This document shows positions 13,901-27,423 of a stretch of DNA of 64,000 nt, piece by piece. The position numbers were made by a program, and so were the translations under genes. The notes under the pieces are model-generated. The model saw only the letters and a list, made by a program, of their open reading frames with translations. It searched no databases and had not been told where the DNA came from. This DNA is from Mytilus trossulus (lineage: Eukaryota). The stretch spans positions 92,690,001 through 92,754,000 of the forward strand of contig NC_086373.1 in assembly GCF_036588685.1 (NCBI RefSeq). The letters run 5' to 3'. Within the stretch, counting starts at the first letter, position 1; each line of letters starts with the position of its first letter.

Positions 13901-16152
13901 GGATTGTAGTCTTCTTGACGTATTACTCACAATATTTTTTTGAATGATATCTAAACAAGCATGTTATACTTACTTGTTAAACAGCTTGCCAACTTTCTCT
14001 GAATGATTAAACACTGTGTGAAACAGCCATGAAAATCCTAAACACAAAATTGCACCAGCAAAGAATGCAGAGAAAACAGCCTTTTCCTGCCACTGGATCT
14101 CTACAGATGGACGAGTTAAGAAATATCCGGCTATCCCCATGAAAGCTATCATACCTAAACAAAATTGTAATGTTATAAACATTAGAATAAATATTTTCTT
14201 AAGTATTCTGACATATATTAGTAATAATATACAATCCGTTTATGATCTATGGGAAAGGAGATCAGTCAAACTAAGCCTGCTGAAACCATACATTCATTCT
14301 TGACACCTAATATAGTTGACCTTTTACTAGCAGATTCTGAGAAACAGGATTACTTTGTGACGAACACTTAACGTTGACCAATGAACCAAGTCAGGAGCCT
14401 GTATTTTAGGTAGTTGTGATTTATTCATGTCTGTCATATTTGTTTTTTTGTGAATCGTTTTTGGCCATTATATTTCTCAATTGAATTGTTCCATACCTTT
14501 CATGTCATGGCCTTTTAAAGCAGACCCAACAGTATTGATTTTTTTCATTGTTGAAAGACTTATGGTTGTCTATAGTATAATTGTTTATTTAGACTTCATT
14601 CTAACTTTTTTGGATAGCTGTCTCATTGGCAATCATACACATCTCCTTATCTTTATATGAAAATGATGTCAAAGTCAAATAAACTTTGGTCAAACAAACA
14701 AGTGTATCTTTATCTATTCTATGTACTGAATATAGTTAACCTAAACCTAATTGCTTTTGAGAAATATGGACCTAATAAAGACATTGGTCGTATTCATACA
14801 AAAAAAATGGTATCCTCTGTTAATTTTATAGTTGACCTACTACTTATTGAATCTAAGACATGTCTGGACATATTTATTAAAAAAATCAGTTTACCCTGCA
14901 AATCTTAGCAACAAGCTTGTCTTTCAAAATTTTTGGAAAAACCTGACAATTTCAAGCAAATAGTAACAACAAATAGTAAATAAAGTATATATATTACCTA
15001 ACAAATGGGACCATATATTTCCAGTTTCTGTATGAATCCTAAATATAGATTTAAAACATTCTCTAAATGAATTTGTTGGAACTCTATGTCCTTTGTGTAA
15101 AAAGTCATTATCTTGCAACCAATCTGGTAGACTATGATGGTTTACCACCCTCCATCCAGCTTCCCATACACGCTTTACAAACTCCTCTGCATGTTCAGCA
15201 GCCTTACAAGGTCCAGCTAGGAAGTCAAGTCGTGATGTTTTGTGCTCTACTTCATTTTCCCCTTCTTCTGAGTCAGATGCTTGAGAAAAATGTCTCTGTT
15301 AAAAATATAGCAAAAATTAATATATTTTAAATATTAACCCAATTCACCATTTCAGAATCTTATGTATTCTAGGTAATATCTACAAAAGTGTACACCAAAA
15401 GGTTTTGATCGGTTTAAAAGGTCCTAAACATTGGAAATTCAATGTAACAACATTTTCATTTTGGTGTAGATAAACAATAGGATTACCCTTAGTCCTTTCA
15501 ATTCTGACAAGGAAATTATATGCACGTTTTATTTACTGACAATTAAAAAATTTAACCCTTTCTCCAAGGCATGTGTAAGTACACTTATCAGCTTAAATTC
15601 GAAAATTAAAAAAAAAACTAAATATTTGGCTCAGGATATGGTCTCTGGATCATAATTGCTTCTGTCCATGTTTCCTACAATTTCATCAAGTTCTGTCAAA
15701 TTTATCAACCACAGACTGAATGTTGAAGTTGACTACATCGTTGCAAACAGAATGCAGGCGTGCCAAGACTCACTTCCACAATGAAATTATGCAGACTCAT
15801 AAAAAAACTGACCCCTTTAATCAAATCTCATCCAACTGTACCATTGTATACTAGACAATAACTTTCTTACTTTATCATTCATTGCAACACCCTCAGAAAT
15901 CCTTTGTGCTTTGAATTAAATGAAGTTTATATTGAGTCACTCAGAGTGTGAAAAATATTTTACCTCTCTGCGTTTAAGAAGCTTTCCTTTTTCTGACTTA
16001 GTAAAAGCTTCTTTGACATGTGAAGCATTGGAGTTGAGATCTTCTGATACATCTGATTCGTAGGCGATGTCAATTTCTGGTACTGTCAACGGCTGTGAAA
16101 CAATAGGAGATGGATCTACGACAGCTGCATCTATTACAGCTATAGAAGCCAT
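10834..16152 (-). CDS. ADIPOR: Adiponectin receptor / PAQR class I 7-TM protein, about 392 aa, 6 coding exons: 16152-15964, 15295-14998, 14154-13974, 13462-13275, 11681-11488, 10962-10834
   Basis: Exons join in frame across GT-AG introns (phases 0,1,2,1,0). Hallmark motifs are present: LPDWLQDNDFL, SIFRIHTETGNIWSHLLG, SWLFHT..HS, LDYCGI, GSFVPWLYYSFYC, PERIYPGKFDIW, SHQIFH. The Zn-site His/Asp residues are intact. Confidence 0.95.
11488..11681 (-). CDS. ADIPOR: AdipoR coding exon 5 (MFIALGLSGVIPALH...PGKFDIW)
   Basis: Conserved motifs and canonical splice sites. Confidence 0.95.
11722..12940. repeat. 42-bp minisatellite, about 28 copies, filling most of an AdipoR intron
   Basis: Unit tgatgatattggcaaacgataatgatatctagcagtgttcaa. 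Confidence 0.95.
13275..13462 (-). CDS. ADIPOR: AdipoR coding exon 4 (LDYCGIAILTMGSFVPWLYYSFYC...FRGIRAG)
   Basis: Conserved motifs and canonical splice sites. Confidence 0.95.
13974..14154 (-). CDS. ADIPOR: AdipoR coding exon 3 (MIAFMG...SWLFHTVFNHSEKVGKLFNK)
   Basis: TM1-2 and a Zn-binding His; AG acceptor and GTAAGT donor. Confidence 0.95.
14998..15295 (-). CDS. ADIPOR: AdipoR coding exon 2 (RHFSQ...AEEFVKRVWEAGWRVV...GNIWSHLLG)
   Basis: Conserved AdipoR motifs and canonical splice sites. Confidence 0.95.
15964..16152 (-). CDS. ADIPOR: AdipoR coding exon 1 (MASIAVID...LLKRRE); the exon starts at 16183 with 31 nt of 5'UTR
   Basis: CAG acceptor at 16186-16184, ATG at 16152, GT donor at 15963. 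Phase 0 fits the next exon. The N-terminus is poorly conserved, so this exon is less certain. Confidence 0.75.
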
Positions 16153-16400
16153 TACAATGTTTCAATTACTATCTTCTTTTAATCTGCAACATCAAAAGAA
16201 ATCAATAGTTTAATTACATTTATTCTAACATATGCCTCATTAATTTTTCATTGAAAATCATTTTCTATTTCAAGTATATCGTGAGTTTTTTCTATACTGT
16301 GAAAGTCCTAACTGCCCAAGTACATGTACTAGTATATATCTGGTGACTTCTGGTCAATCGACTTTTGGAGCAACAACAATACAGATAATGGTCATATAAT

Positions 16401-16640
16401 GCTGAGTTCACACGTAATTCGAATTCAATTCGCATTAACTAATTCGAATTAGTTTAATTCGCATTCGAAACGTTTCACGTCCAAACGACGTTGACTTTCA
16501 GTTTGAATTATCAAAAGCATATTTCTAATGCGAATTGGCTAATTCGAATCAAAAAAGAAGAGTGTGTGATCGTGATTAGCGAATTTCGATTCGCATTCGA
16601 TTCGAATTAAATTCGAATTAAATGTACGTGTGAACGAGGC
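16401..16640. mobile_element. Short MITE (Harbinger-like TIR) with internal attcgaatt repeats
   Basis: gctgagttcacacgta ... tacgtgtgaacgaggc. Confidence 0.75.
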
Positions 16641-18309
16641 ATCAATATCACTGACTATAAAATTAAGACAAGAACATGTACATGCTATGGACAAGCAATC
16701 TAAAGATTTTACTGTATTACACCATGTCAACTTCAGATATATATGGTTTACAGGAAAGTAACAAAATAAATGAAATGAAGTGAAAGAAATAAAATACCTT
16801 TTAGTAAGAAGGTGATAAATGTTAATCAATGACTATTCATTTTGCTATTGTAAATACATGTATGTTACAAACAATATTGATATATAAATATATTTATTAC
16901 AAATTTGTCATCTTATTTTTATTTCATTTGCCATAAGATATCAGATTTTTTTTGGGGTTAATTTTGGTCAACTTGTGTTGTTAGATTGCTGAATCTTTGA
17001 ACCCATGTTTTATAAGATTACATATAACTTGTTCATTATGCATTCATATGTATATCTTCACGAAAATATTAAGCATATTTACACATCATGACATGATTTC
17101 AAATGAACAATATGAGAAATACAGATATATAAAATCACCTCTACCATATATTTTGGCAATATTGATTATGTCATCTAAAGGCCCTAGTGGAATAGGCAAA
17201 CAAGAATGCTTATTATTTAAGTTTTTTTATGTATGAACCAAAAACTCCATTTTATCTTCATGTTCTATGTTTAGCAACAACACCAGTATCTTGATGGATC
17301 AAATTCCTGATACAATTTTTGAACTTAATAACCCATCAACTCAAACACCCTTGTGAAATTTTGCCCAGTAGTTTCACAGGAGAATTTTATAAAGTTTATG
17401 ATGACAGACTTTAAGTGATGGCAACAGCTCACATGGCTTACAGGCCCCAGGTGAATTAAAACAATATGCATAGTAAAAGTGCAGCAGCCAATATCTCAGA
17501 ACAATAAATATTAAATTACAAAACTTAAAGGCTATAATCATGAGAACAAACTGACAGGAGAGAGCCAGACTAACAGGGCATTGTACGAAAAGTACTACAT
17601 AAAAAAAACACAGTTACACACAAATAAAAAATAATAAAAACAACTGAAAGTTCAAGTCCATAGTAATTATAATATGTTAATAAATTATATACATGAAAAA
17701 ATCAAATAAAAAACCCTACCAGTTGTCATTAACCAGTTAAATATAGCTAGTGTTGAACAGGCACAATGTGATTGAACTTTAAAAGGTACAAGTTGGACTG
17801 CACTTTTAGATGTAAATGTTTCTGGACTTAGTACCTATACATGTACATGTATATACTGAAGTGGATTGAGAATCTCCTTGATTAGATGTACATGATAATG
17901 AAAATAAAATCCCCATATTTCCTCTGAAAAGGACTTGTTACATGCTAAATTGTGTATTCCATAAATTTTTAAGTACTGTTACAATACACACATATAATAT
18001 ATGTTATCAATTTGTTGTAATTATCTAAATATAAATTTGTATATGCTCTTATTAACCATCAGAAGGTTATAAAACCAAAAAATCTAAAATTGTACTTACA
18101 ACCTTAAAGTGCAAAGTCCAAACTGATAACCTATTTTTATTCATAAACACCATGCTTGTTATGGTCAATAACTATATGGAAAAACTATGTTAAAAAAAGT
18201 GCTTGGATCTGACAATATATTGACATTGTTTATCATGATAATGATAAATATACAAACAAACAACAAAAACTTATTGTTACATGTACATGTAGAAGAAAAC
18301 ACTGTATAA

Positions 18310-19067
18310 TCTATAATACTAAAATTACAAGGTCCAATTTGTCAGCTGTCATCACGTAAAAACGACAAATCCAAGAATTCAACTTTATATATAACTAATA
18401 TCGGACAATAGTGTTGATTAAAAATTACACTACTCCAGACCCTTTTGTTTTCCACATAATTAATATTGCCAATAATTATCAAATTCCGGGTCGAATCCGA
18501 TACCGATACCAATATTATAATATATATTCACCTGTTACCTATTACCTTATCTGTACGTTCCGCATCTGACAGGTGCACCACCAAAAGTAATATTTAGGAT
18601 GCTACATATATTAGACTGGTCATAATCACAGGCTTGACACTACTAAATTCAATCATTGTCAATTTGTTCCCTATTGTAGTAATTTAATTAGTAAGACTTT
18701 CTAAGATGACCATACGAATACTAAAAATCTGTAAGGCGTAGTTTTCAATATGTTAGCGGGCATGATGTAAAACAGCGAATCAAAGAGTTCAACTGTATTA
18801 ATTTTATAACTTATGTAGGACAATGCTGTTGATTAAAAAAATACTCCATTCAAGGACCTTTTGATTTCCAAATAATTAATATTACCAATAATTGATAAGT
18901 TCCAGGTCGACAGGTTCAAGCAGAAAGATTTTGAAAGCAGAGAAAACTGTGCATCTTATAATCGGCATGACTTTATCTGATGAAAATACCAATACTACAA
19001 TAAGACTTACGCATGGTTATATACTTTAATTCAATCACGGACCCGCGATTTCACGGGTGTGTTCTAG
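18310..19067 (+). mobile_element. Non-autonomous canonical Helitron
   Basis: A|TCTATAATAC 5' end, hairpin acccgcgatttcacgggt, CTAG|T 3' end, and an internal duplication of about 150 bp. Confidence 0.82.
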
Positions 19068-19650
19068 TAGGATGTTAAAAATATAACCTGACATTGCCTA
19101 ACATCCCCTATCAGATAAAGGAGTTTCAAATAATAAAAGCCATTAATCCAAACTACATAATCTAGTTATGTTACTTCAATAAGTATCTGGAATGATAAAA
19201 ATTTTGTGTAGAAAATATACATTAAAATTTTAACATGGTATTTTGCCCCCTTTTACCATAAAATGTCACAAGGCTTCAAAAGGTACATGTACAATGTATC
19301 TGAAATGGGGAAAAAAAACACAAATGTTTGTAAATATTTTTAACACTATTTATTATTCTTGGTGTATCCCTGACCCACTACCACATGAAAATAAGAAACC
19401 TAAATCAAATATTGAAAGCAGATACAGTTGTTTAACATAAATAGACCAAAAGTATAGCAAAAGCCATTTAAGGAATCAGAGCTTTATGTCCTAATTTCTG
19501 ACTCTGGCTCTGTCTATGTCTAGTTATAAATCAAAAGCTTTAAATGTACAATGTTCTAACAACTAAATTACATAACATGCATAGTGGGCCTCTACTGAAT
19601 CATACTGATATAACGTTCTTGTATATTTGGAGAAAGATACATTTGTATAG

Positions 19651-20526
19651 AAAAAAATTTGTAAGGGTTCCGCGGAACCCAGTGTCTCGCCTACTTTTGC
19701 TGTTCATCACAGGCTCAACAAAAAAGAGGCAAAAAATCAATAAAAACATTCCTCTTGATACTATCCTATGATTGTAAGAAGATTCTGTCAAGTTTGGTAA
19801 AAATCTATGATAGTTAATGAATCTAATAAATGTTTTAAAAACTTTAATTGCAGACTGTATGTAATGTTAACTGGAAGAAAATCTAAGTCAATTTAAAAGT
19901 AAAAAACAGAAAAAATGGAGTTATCTTTATACAAAATTTACTTCTGGATACTATCTAAGGATCATAAATAAGCTTCTGTCCAAGTTTGGTACAAACCCAA
20001 GATAGTTTAAGAAAGTTATTTAAATTCTAAAAACTTTTACCACAGAGTGAATGTAATGTTTCCCTGCAGAAAAACTAAGTCCATTTAAAAGTAAAATACG
20101 GAAAAAATGGATTTATTTATTTACAAAATTTGCTTCTGGATACTATCTTATGATCATAAACAAGCTTCTGTCCAAGTTTGGTACAAACCAAGGATAGTTT
20201 AAAAAAGTTATTAAAATTCCAAAAACTTTAACCACAGAATGAATGTAATGTTTCCCCGCAGAAAAACTAAGTCCATTTAAAAGTAAATTATGGAAAAAAT
20301 GGAATTTTATTTTTATAAAAATTACTTCTCGATACTATCTTATGATCATAAACAAGCTTCTGTCCAAGTTTGGTAGAAATCCAGTATAGTTTAAGAAAGT
20401 TATTAAAATTTCAAAAACTTTAACCACAGAGTGAATATTTGTGGAGGCCGCCGACGACGACGCCGACGACGGAATGTAGGATCGCTTAGTCTCGCTTTTT
20501 CGACTAAAGTCGAAGGCTCGACAAAA
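19651..20526 (-). mobile_element. HINE family 2
   Basis: Perfect palindrome gggttccgcggaaccc (19665-19680), subTIR gtctcgc, about 4 monomers of 192 bp, (GAC/GCC)n microsatellite, terminal hairpin and A-run. Confidence 0.85.
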
Positions 20527-20589
20527 TTGCACTTGAACACTTGTTATTCAATGTCATCATTCCTAACATTAGAACAATTTTTTTTAAGC

Positions 20590-21659
20590 AAGGTCAAGCA
20601 ACTGCCTCCCCTGAATTTTCTGCACCAATTTTTTTTCCAAAGTAATGAAATGAAATATTGACAATATGTACACGAGAACTTGAATTTATATCATAAACAA
20701 CACAAGTTTACAGTTTAACAGTGTTATCATGATACGTGATATATCTGTCATTGTCCGAATTTTTTATCCATAGTGAACTGTTTCGTTATTTTTTTATTTT
20801 TATATTTTCGTGCGGCCGTCCATCTGTTATTCAGTATTCGTACAAGAACACATATGAAACTTTGCCAATTTTGAATAAAACTTAACTATTCACATTTATT
20901 TAGGGGCCCAATTAAGCAGAGGAAGATCCCTTTGTATTGTGATTCTTTTATGATATTGGAAATTGGTTACCGGCTGAATCAGCTGTTGGATATTTTTTTT
21001 AACGTCTCCCGATCATACTTGAACATTATGGTCAATGCCTTAGTAGTTAAACACTCCAATTCATTGTAGCAGGGGCTTTCTGTTCTAAGTATATACTAGT
21101 ATAGAAAGTCCCTGGTTGTAGTTATATACATGTCTGTTCAGTTTTAAACAATATTGAAATTCAAGGTCCTCGATAAAAAAAAATATCTTGCGTTCTATGA
21201 TTTTGCTTTATATGTTTTTTTAACTTACCAGTTTTGTTTCTTACAAAAATATCTTTAAATACAGATAATAATTGTTTGCATAAAAATTGCTTCCAGGATC
21301 CAGCAATACTGATGTTTCTTAAAGTAAGGAAATCGAAAGGAAAACAGGTTATTTTTACAGGCCACTGATTTTATTGAGAACAAAATGCACGGTCACATTG
21401 TATTTAATGTTAATAATTATAGGGCAAAGTACGGCCTTCAAGACAGAGCCTTTGCTCACCCCTAACAGCAATCTCAGCTTGTTTTTGCATAAAAATTGCT
21501 CCCAGGTTCAAGCAATATCGATGTTTCTGAAAGTAAGGAAATCAAAGGAAAACGGTAATTTTTAGCCATTTTACAGAGAGAAAAAAAATCTATAGGGGCC
21601 TCAATCGGCGGCCCACAAACCCCTGCCTCCCAGGAATTCGAATCCTAGTTATTGCCCTG
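20590..21659. mobile_element. Left-truncated copy of the CAGGGCCGTAACTA TIR element
   Basis: Colinear with 57316-58591; ends cctagttattgccctg. Confidence 0.8.
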
Positions 21660-21804
21660 GAATGCTTTTATAGAAGAGCTGTAAAAAGTTTTGCGATCAT
21701 GTATTTCAAACACATACTGTTATAAAAGATCCATGAAAATAAGGTCAAGGTCAAATGAATACTGTCAGAAGGTCTTGTACATATGTCAGGGTTCTCACTA
21801 AGGC

Positions 21805-22987
21805 CATACCTGTCAACCTGTGATGATGAAAATGCAGGTCATGACCTGCATTGAAGAATCAAATCTCAGGTCATAACGCGTACAAACTTTTTCGAGCAGA
21901 ATTTCAATATTAATGGTATATTTTCTTAAAATTTAAATAAAAAAAAAGATACCAAAACATCAATGCATGTTCACTTGGTTAAGTCATTTTAAATTCTATT
22001 AATTTTTTTTTTATTGCACTTTTAAAGATTTTTTTATAAATTTGAGTATCCTGTTTGCTCTTTAAGATTGTGAAATACTTATAGATTATCGTTGATTATC
22101 TCAACGAGATTGATTTTCTCGCTTGAGCTGGTACAGCGAAAGTGAGAAAAGCAATCGAGTTGAGATGACCAATGATAATCTGTTTATCGCTATTTTACCT
22201 ATTTTTTTCAATGTCAATTTCGTTAGCAACACCACGTTGCTTCCTTAGTTTCTAGTGATAATTTTTCCATATCAAGCAAGAAGCATGATATGAAAATTCT
22301 CACAAAAAAAGATGAAAGGAAAAATGCACAAAATAGCGATAATACAATATAGAAGGTTTGACATTATTGGCTCTGTAGCATTTAAACACATCCTCTGTTA
22401 ATTTAATAATAAGAAAATTAGACTATGTTAAAATATAGTAATACAGTTAAAGGAAGTATAAATGTAAAATATAATTTTCAACTATTTTTTTAAAATTGTA
22501 TAAAGGTATAAAAATATGTATTTGAATTTTATATTTTCATTATTAAATATTTTTCACCTATAAAACGTAAATATAAGGAATAATTTTGAATACTGACAAA
22601 TAAGGGGAAGTAAATCTTGGTTGAAATATTTTTGTAAACAAATAGAGCAATTTATTTACGACCTAAAGCTAAGGTAATTGGTATTAATTAACAGTGTGTG
22701 TTGACACCAAAGCTGTCAAGTGAAGCCATGCACTTAATGGGTCAATTAATTTGAAAGTTTACATAGCTAGTTTAACTTTCTGTTCATGGAAGAATTACGA
22801 ATTTGCCGGTATTTAAATTGAATATTGCTTATGAAATCAATCTCAAGGCTAAGAAATACGTGAAAAATCGGGTCATTTTCGGAATTCCCGCGTTATATCA
22901 ATGACCCGGCGGGTGATCCGGGTGATCCCTCAAAATTGTGAAAATCCCGGGTCACACCCGCAGAATACGGGTCAGTTGACAGCTATG
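21805..22987. mobile_element. TIR element CATACCTGTCAAC with 8-bp TSD actaaggc (hAT/P-like)
   Basis: TSD at 21797-21804 and 22988-22995; TIR catacctgtcaac / gttgacagctatg. Confidence 0.85.
22080..22345. mobile_element. Unclassified double-inverted-repeat element
   Basis: Hairpin with arms of about 40 bp (agattatcgttg...caatgataatct), followed by ttatcgctatttt ... aaaatagcgataa. Confidence 0.6.
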
Positions 22988-24841
22988 ACTAAGGCGAGTC
23001 CATGAGTCCTGGACTCATCAAAATCTGTCTGGACTCACCATTTTCAAAACTAGTGAGTCCACAGATGCATCAAGATTGAAATATTTTGTATAAACTGAAC
23101 ATAGTTTAACACAAATATCATCATTTAATTTGCAAAAATTTTAAAGTGATCTGAATTTAATGTCATTTCATTGCTCTGTTAGGAAATGGAGACTAAAATA
23201 TTACACTATATTGCAATAAATCATTTTCTTCTTGCTGTTGTATCATAACATGATCATCATGGCCAAAAATGACTAGTCCCTGGACTCGCCATTAAAAATC
23301 CTTAGCGAGAACCCTGCATATGTATTGTCTTGTAACCTTACAATCATTCTATACACCAAATACAATTGACCTTAATGTACATATTAAATATTACTAATAG
23401 TAACTTATAACTTGATATGATCACAATACAAATGTACTTTAATACAAATGTAACACTAATCATTGAACCATTAAAATGAGGTCAAAGTCAGATGAACCCT
23501 CTCAGACATTAATTTTACATGTTTAACTGTACATGCACTCCTTACAATAATTGTATAGACCAAATACATGTACATGTACTAGTGTTTCCTACAGATGATT
23601 TTGGCGTGTAATGGCGCCCTGTTAATTACATATGATACCTTTGTGATTGCCCCCAGGTTAATTATATCATTACAATCAATTACAATGATAAAGACTTCAA
23701 AGGTGTTAATAACTAAGTAATTTAATTAGGACAATGTATCTTTTTGTCATAATTTTGATGAATGTGTCAATGAGTGTATTTAGCTTGGGTCGGCATTTTC
23801 GATCTCCAAGTTACAATGGAGGAGTGTATAAATGAAGACTTTCATGACTTTAGAATTGAATTTAAGTCATCAAAATAAAACTATGCCGTTACAGAAATGC
23901 CTTCCATCTCAACACAGTTAACGCAAACGTGGTGGAAATTAATTTTGGAGTTACTTCCCCTGTTTTAGCTTATTACAAATTTGTGCTCTAAAAATATTAT
24001 CTAGTACCAAAATAAGGAATAAAGTACCAATTGAATATATATAACATAATAATGTTACCTTAAAGATATTAACTGTCTTTGAACATATTGGAAAAAAAAT
24101 ATTGCAATTTCTACTTGATAATTATACTTTTTATTAGCAATCTACGTTCTAAACATTATCAAATTAGAATTGCTCACAGATTTCATCAATTCCTACCGTG
24201 CAATGGCTGTATAGCCAGTAAATGACATTAAAAACTTTGAAATATTATAAAAAATCAAAGTGCTGGATAGCACCTCTGGAAAGTTTGCAACTGTAGCTGT
24301 GTATTATTCCAAAAAGGTTATAGACGTGTATTATTTCAAATATGTATTTCATCACAGCTTTGATGTTTTGAACTAAACCATTGTCTCATCAGTAAGGATA
24401 AAAAAATCACTTTTTTTATGTTTATCATAAAAAGTTTTGATATTTTCTCATGATTACAACCTTAAGCTGTAGATCTAAAATAATGAAAAATACATTCAGA
24501 AAGCTCTGTTAATTTCTTTAAGTACCATGTCAACTTCAAGGGCCTGTGAATTAGTATTTTTCTATTGGTTTAGGTCCTTCATATTTGTTTTTAGTAAATT
24601 AACACGCAAGTTTTTTGTTTGTTTGAATTGTTCCACATGTTTCATATCCGGCGGGGCCTTTTAAAGCTCTCTACATGTATATGGTACAAACATTTCTCAT
24701 TTTTGACAACCTTAATTGTGGCCTATAGTTATTAATACATTTTCATTCTTTGAACTCTTTTGGATAGCATTGGTTCTTTGCAAAAAATACTGCATCCTTA
24801 CTTATAAATAGTTACAGTAACTTAAATCAATACAACTGTAA

Positions 24842-26652
24842 AACTAGAGGCTCTAAAGAGCCTGTGTCGCTCACCTTGGTCTATGTGCATATTAAACAAA
24901 GGACACAAATGGATTCATGACAAAATTGTATTTTGGTGATGGTGATGTGTTTGAAGTTCTTACTTTACTGAACGATTTTGCTTCTTACAATTATATCTAT
25001 AATGAACTTTGCCCATTAGTAACAGAAGACTATATTTGGTAAAAATTTACATAAATTTACCAAATTAATGAAAATTGTTAAAAATTGACTATAAAGGGCA
25101 ATAACTCCTTAAGGGGTCAATTGACCATTTAGGTCATGTTGACTTATTTGTAGATCTTACTTTGCTGAACATTATTGCTGTTTACAGTTTATCGCTATCT
25201 ATAATAGTATTCAAGATAACCAAAAACGGCAAAACTTCTTTAAAAATTACCAATTGGAGGGCAGCAACCCAACAACCAGTTGTCCAATTCATCTGAAAAA
25301 TTCAGGGCAGATAGATATTGACTTGATTAACAATTTAACTTCTTGTCAGATTTGCTCTAGATGCTTTGGTTTCATAGTTATAAGCCAAAAACTGCATTTT
25401 ACCCCTATGTTCTATTTTTAGCCGTGGCGGCCATCTTGGTTGAATGGCCAGGTCATCGGACACATTTTTCAAACTAGATACCCCAAAGATGATTGTGGCC
25501 TAGTAGTTTCAGTGGAGATTTTGTAAAAGATTACTTAGATTTATGAAAAATGGTTAAAGATTGACTATAAAGGGCAATAACTCCTAAAGGGGTCAACTGA
25601 CCATTTTGGTCATGTTGACTTATTTGTAGATCTTACTTTGCTGAACATTATTGCTGTTTACAATTTATCTCTATCTATAATAATATTCAAGATAATAACC
25701 AAAAACAGCAAAATTTCCTCAAAATTACCAATTCAGGGGCAGCAACCCAACAACCGATTGACCGATTCATCTGAAAATTTCAGGGCAGATAGATCTTGAC
25801 CTGATAAACATTTTTATCCCATGTCAGATTTCCTCAAAATGCTTTGGTTTTTGAGTTATAAGCCAAAAACTGCATTTTACCCCTATGTTCTATTTTTAGC
25901 GGTGGCGGCCATCTTGGTTGGTTGACCAGGTCACGCCACACATTTTTTAAACTAGATACCCCAAAGATGATTGTGGCCAAGTTTGAATTAATTTGGCCCA
26001 GTAGTTTCAGAGGAGAAGATTTTTGTAAAAGATTACTTTAATTTACGAAAAATGGTTAAAAATTGACTATAAAGGGCAATAACTCCTAAACGGGTCAACT
26101 GACCATTTTGGTCATGTTGACTTATTTGTAGATCTTACTTTGCTGAACATTATTGCTGTTTACAGTTTATCTCTATCTATAATAATATTCAAGATAATAA
26201 CCAAAAACAGCAAAATTTCCTCAAAATTACCAATTCAGGGGCAGCAACCCAACAACCGATTGACTGATTCATCTGAAAATTTCAGGGCAGATAGATCTTG
26301 ACCTGATAAACATTTTTACCCCATGTCAGATTTGCTCTAAATGCTTTGGTTTCTGAGTTATAAGCCAAAAACTGCATTTTACCCCTATGTTCTATTTTTA
26401 GCCGTGGCGGCCATCTTGGTTGGTTGACCGGGTCACGCCACACATTTTTTAAACTAGATACCCCAATGATGATTGTGGCCAAGTTTGGTTTGATTTGGCC
26501 CAGTAGTTTCAGAGGAGAAGATTTTTGTAAAAGTTAACGACGACGGACGACGACGGACGACGACGGACGACGGACGACGACGACGACGACGGACGCCGGA
26601 CGCAAAGTGATGGGAATAGCTCACTTGGCCCTTCGGGCCAGGTGAGCTAAAA
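24842..26652 (-). mobile_element. HINE family 1, full length, near-identical to 8772-10540
   Basis: Direct comparison shows scattered SNPs and a longer GAC microsatellite. Confidence 0.9.
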
Positions 26653-26684
26653 AGTGAATTTATATTAAAGGCTTTTATCAAAAA

Positions 26685-27423
26685 TAGGGAACATGTCCAT
26701 GGGACTCAAATGATGCCCTCGTTGGCATTAACGTTATAAACTCAAGAACTGTAAATGTGACACTACCAAAATTTTTACTTGATCTGAATTATGGGTTAAT
26801 AAACATTGTGTATTCATCCTAATTATACAGTATTGCGCAATAGAATTGTAAGATCTTGACATTTGTTTTCTGTCAAACACCTTTTTGTTATGTCAACATT
26901 TTGATCGCGATCCAAATTCAGAGCTGTATCAAGCTTAAATGTTGTGTCCATACTTGTCCCAACTGTTCAACTTCAAGGTTCAACTTCTGCGGTCGTATAA
27001 AGCGGTGCCATGTGGAGCATCTGGTTCCATTTAACAAGGCACAACCCTAGAGCAGTAAAAATAAATCCACCAAAATTCAAACTTGATCAGTGTTTGTGGT
27101 AATGAGAATTGTGTATAAGTTTCATAACATTTGGTTAAGACAAACTATACTTAGAGAACAGAAACTAAAATTTCCAGCAACTTTTCTTTTTGTAAAGTAG
27201 CATTAAACGCTATAGAATGGTAAAAAATACGCAACTTAAATTCAAACTTGACTTGTGAATTGTGGTTATAAGCATTGCGTATCAGTTTCATACAATTTGG
27301 TTCAGGGAAACTAAAGTAAGAAAACAGAAACGATTTTTGGAATATACAGAGGTACATAAGTAAGGGAAGAATGTACATACTTACAGAAGAACAAGGATAA
27401 AACTCAATACGGTGGGAGCATAA
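26685..27423 (-). mobile_element. Degraded HINE-like element with an inserted fragment of another family (about 26815-27030)
   Basis: Terminal motifs resemble 47329-47803 in reverse (gatgccc..; ggtggg.gcataa); internal repeats present. Confidence 0.45.

Larger units (their letters stand above)
21787..23316. mobile_element. TIR element (CAGGGTTCTC.CTAAG), 7-bp TSD catatgt, hosting nested inserts
   Basis: cagggttctcactaagg ... ccttagcgagaaccctg, with catatgt on both flanks. Confidence 0.8.

Noticed and set aside
16401-16640. Heat-shock element array (GAA/TTC-rich)
   Set aside because: Spacing is TTCGAA/GAATTC rather than nGAAnnTTCn; it is explained as MITE internal repeats.
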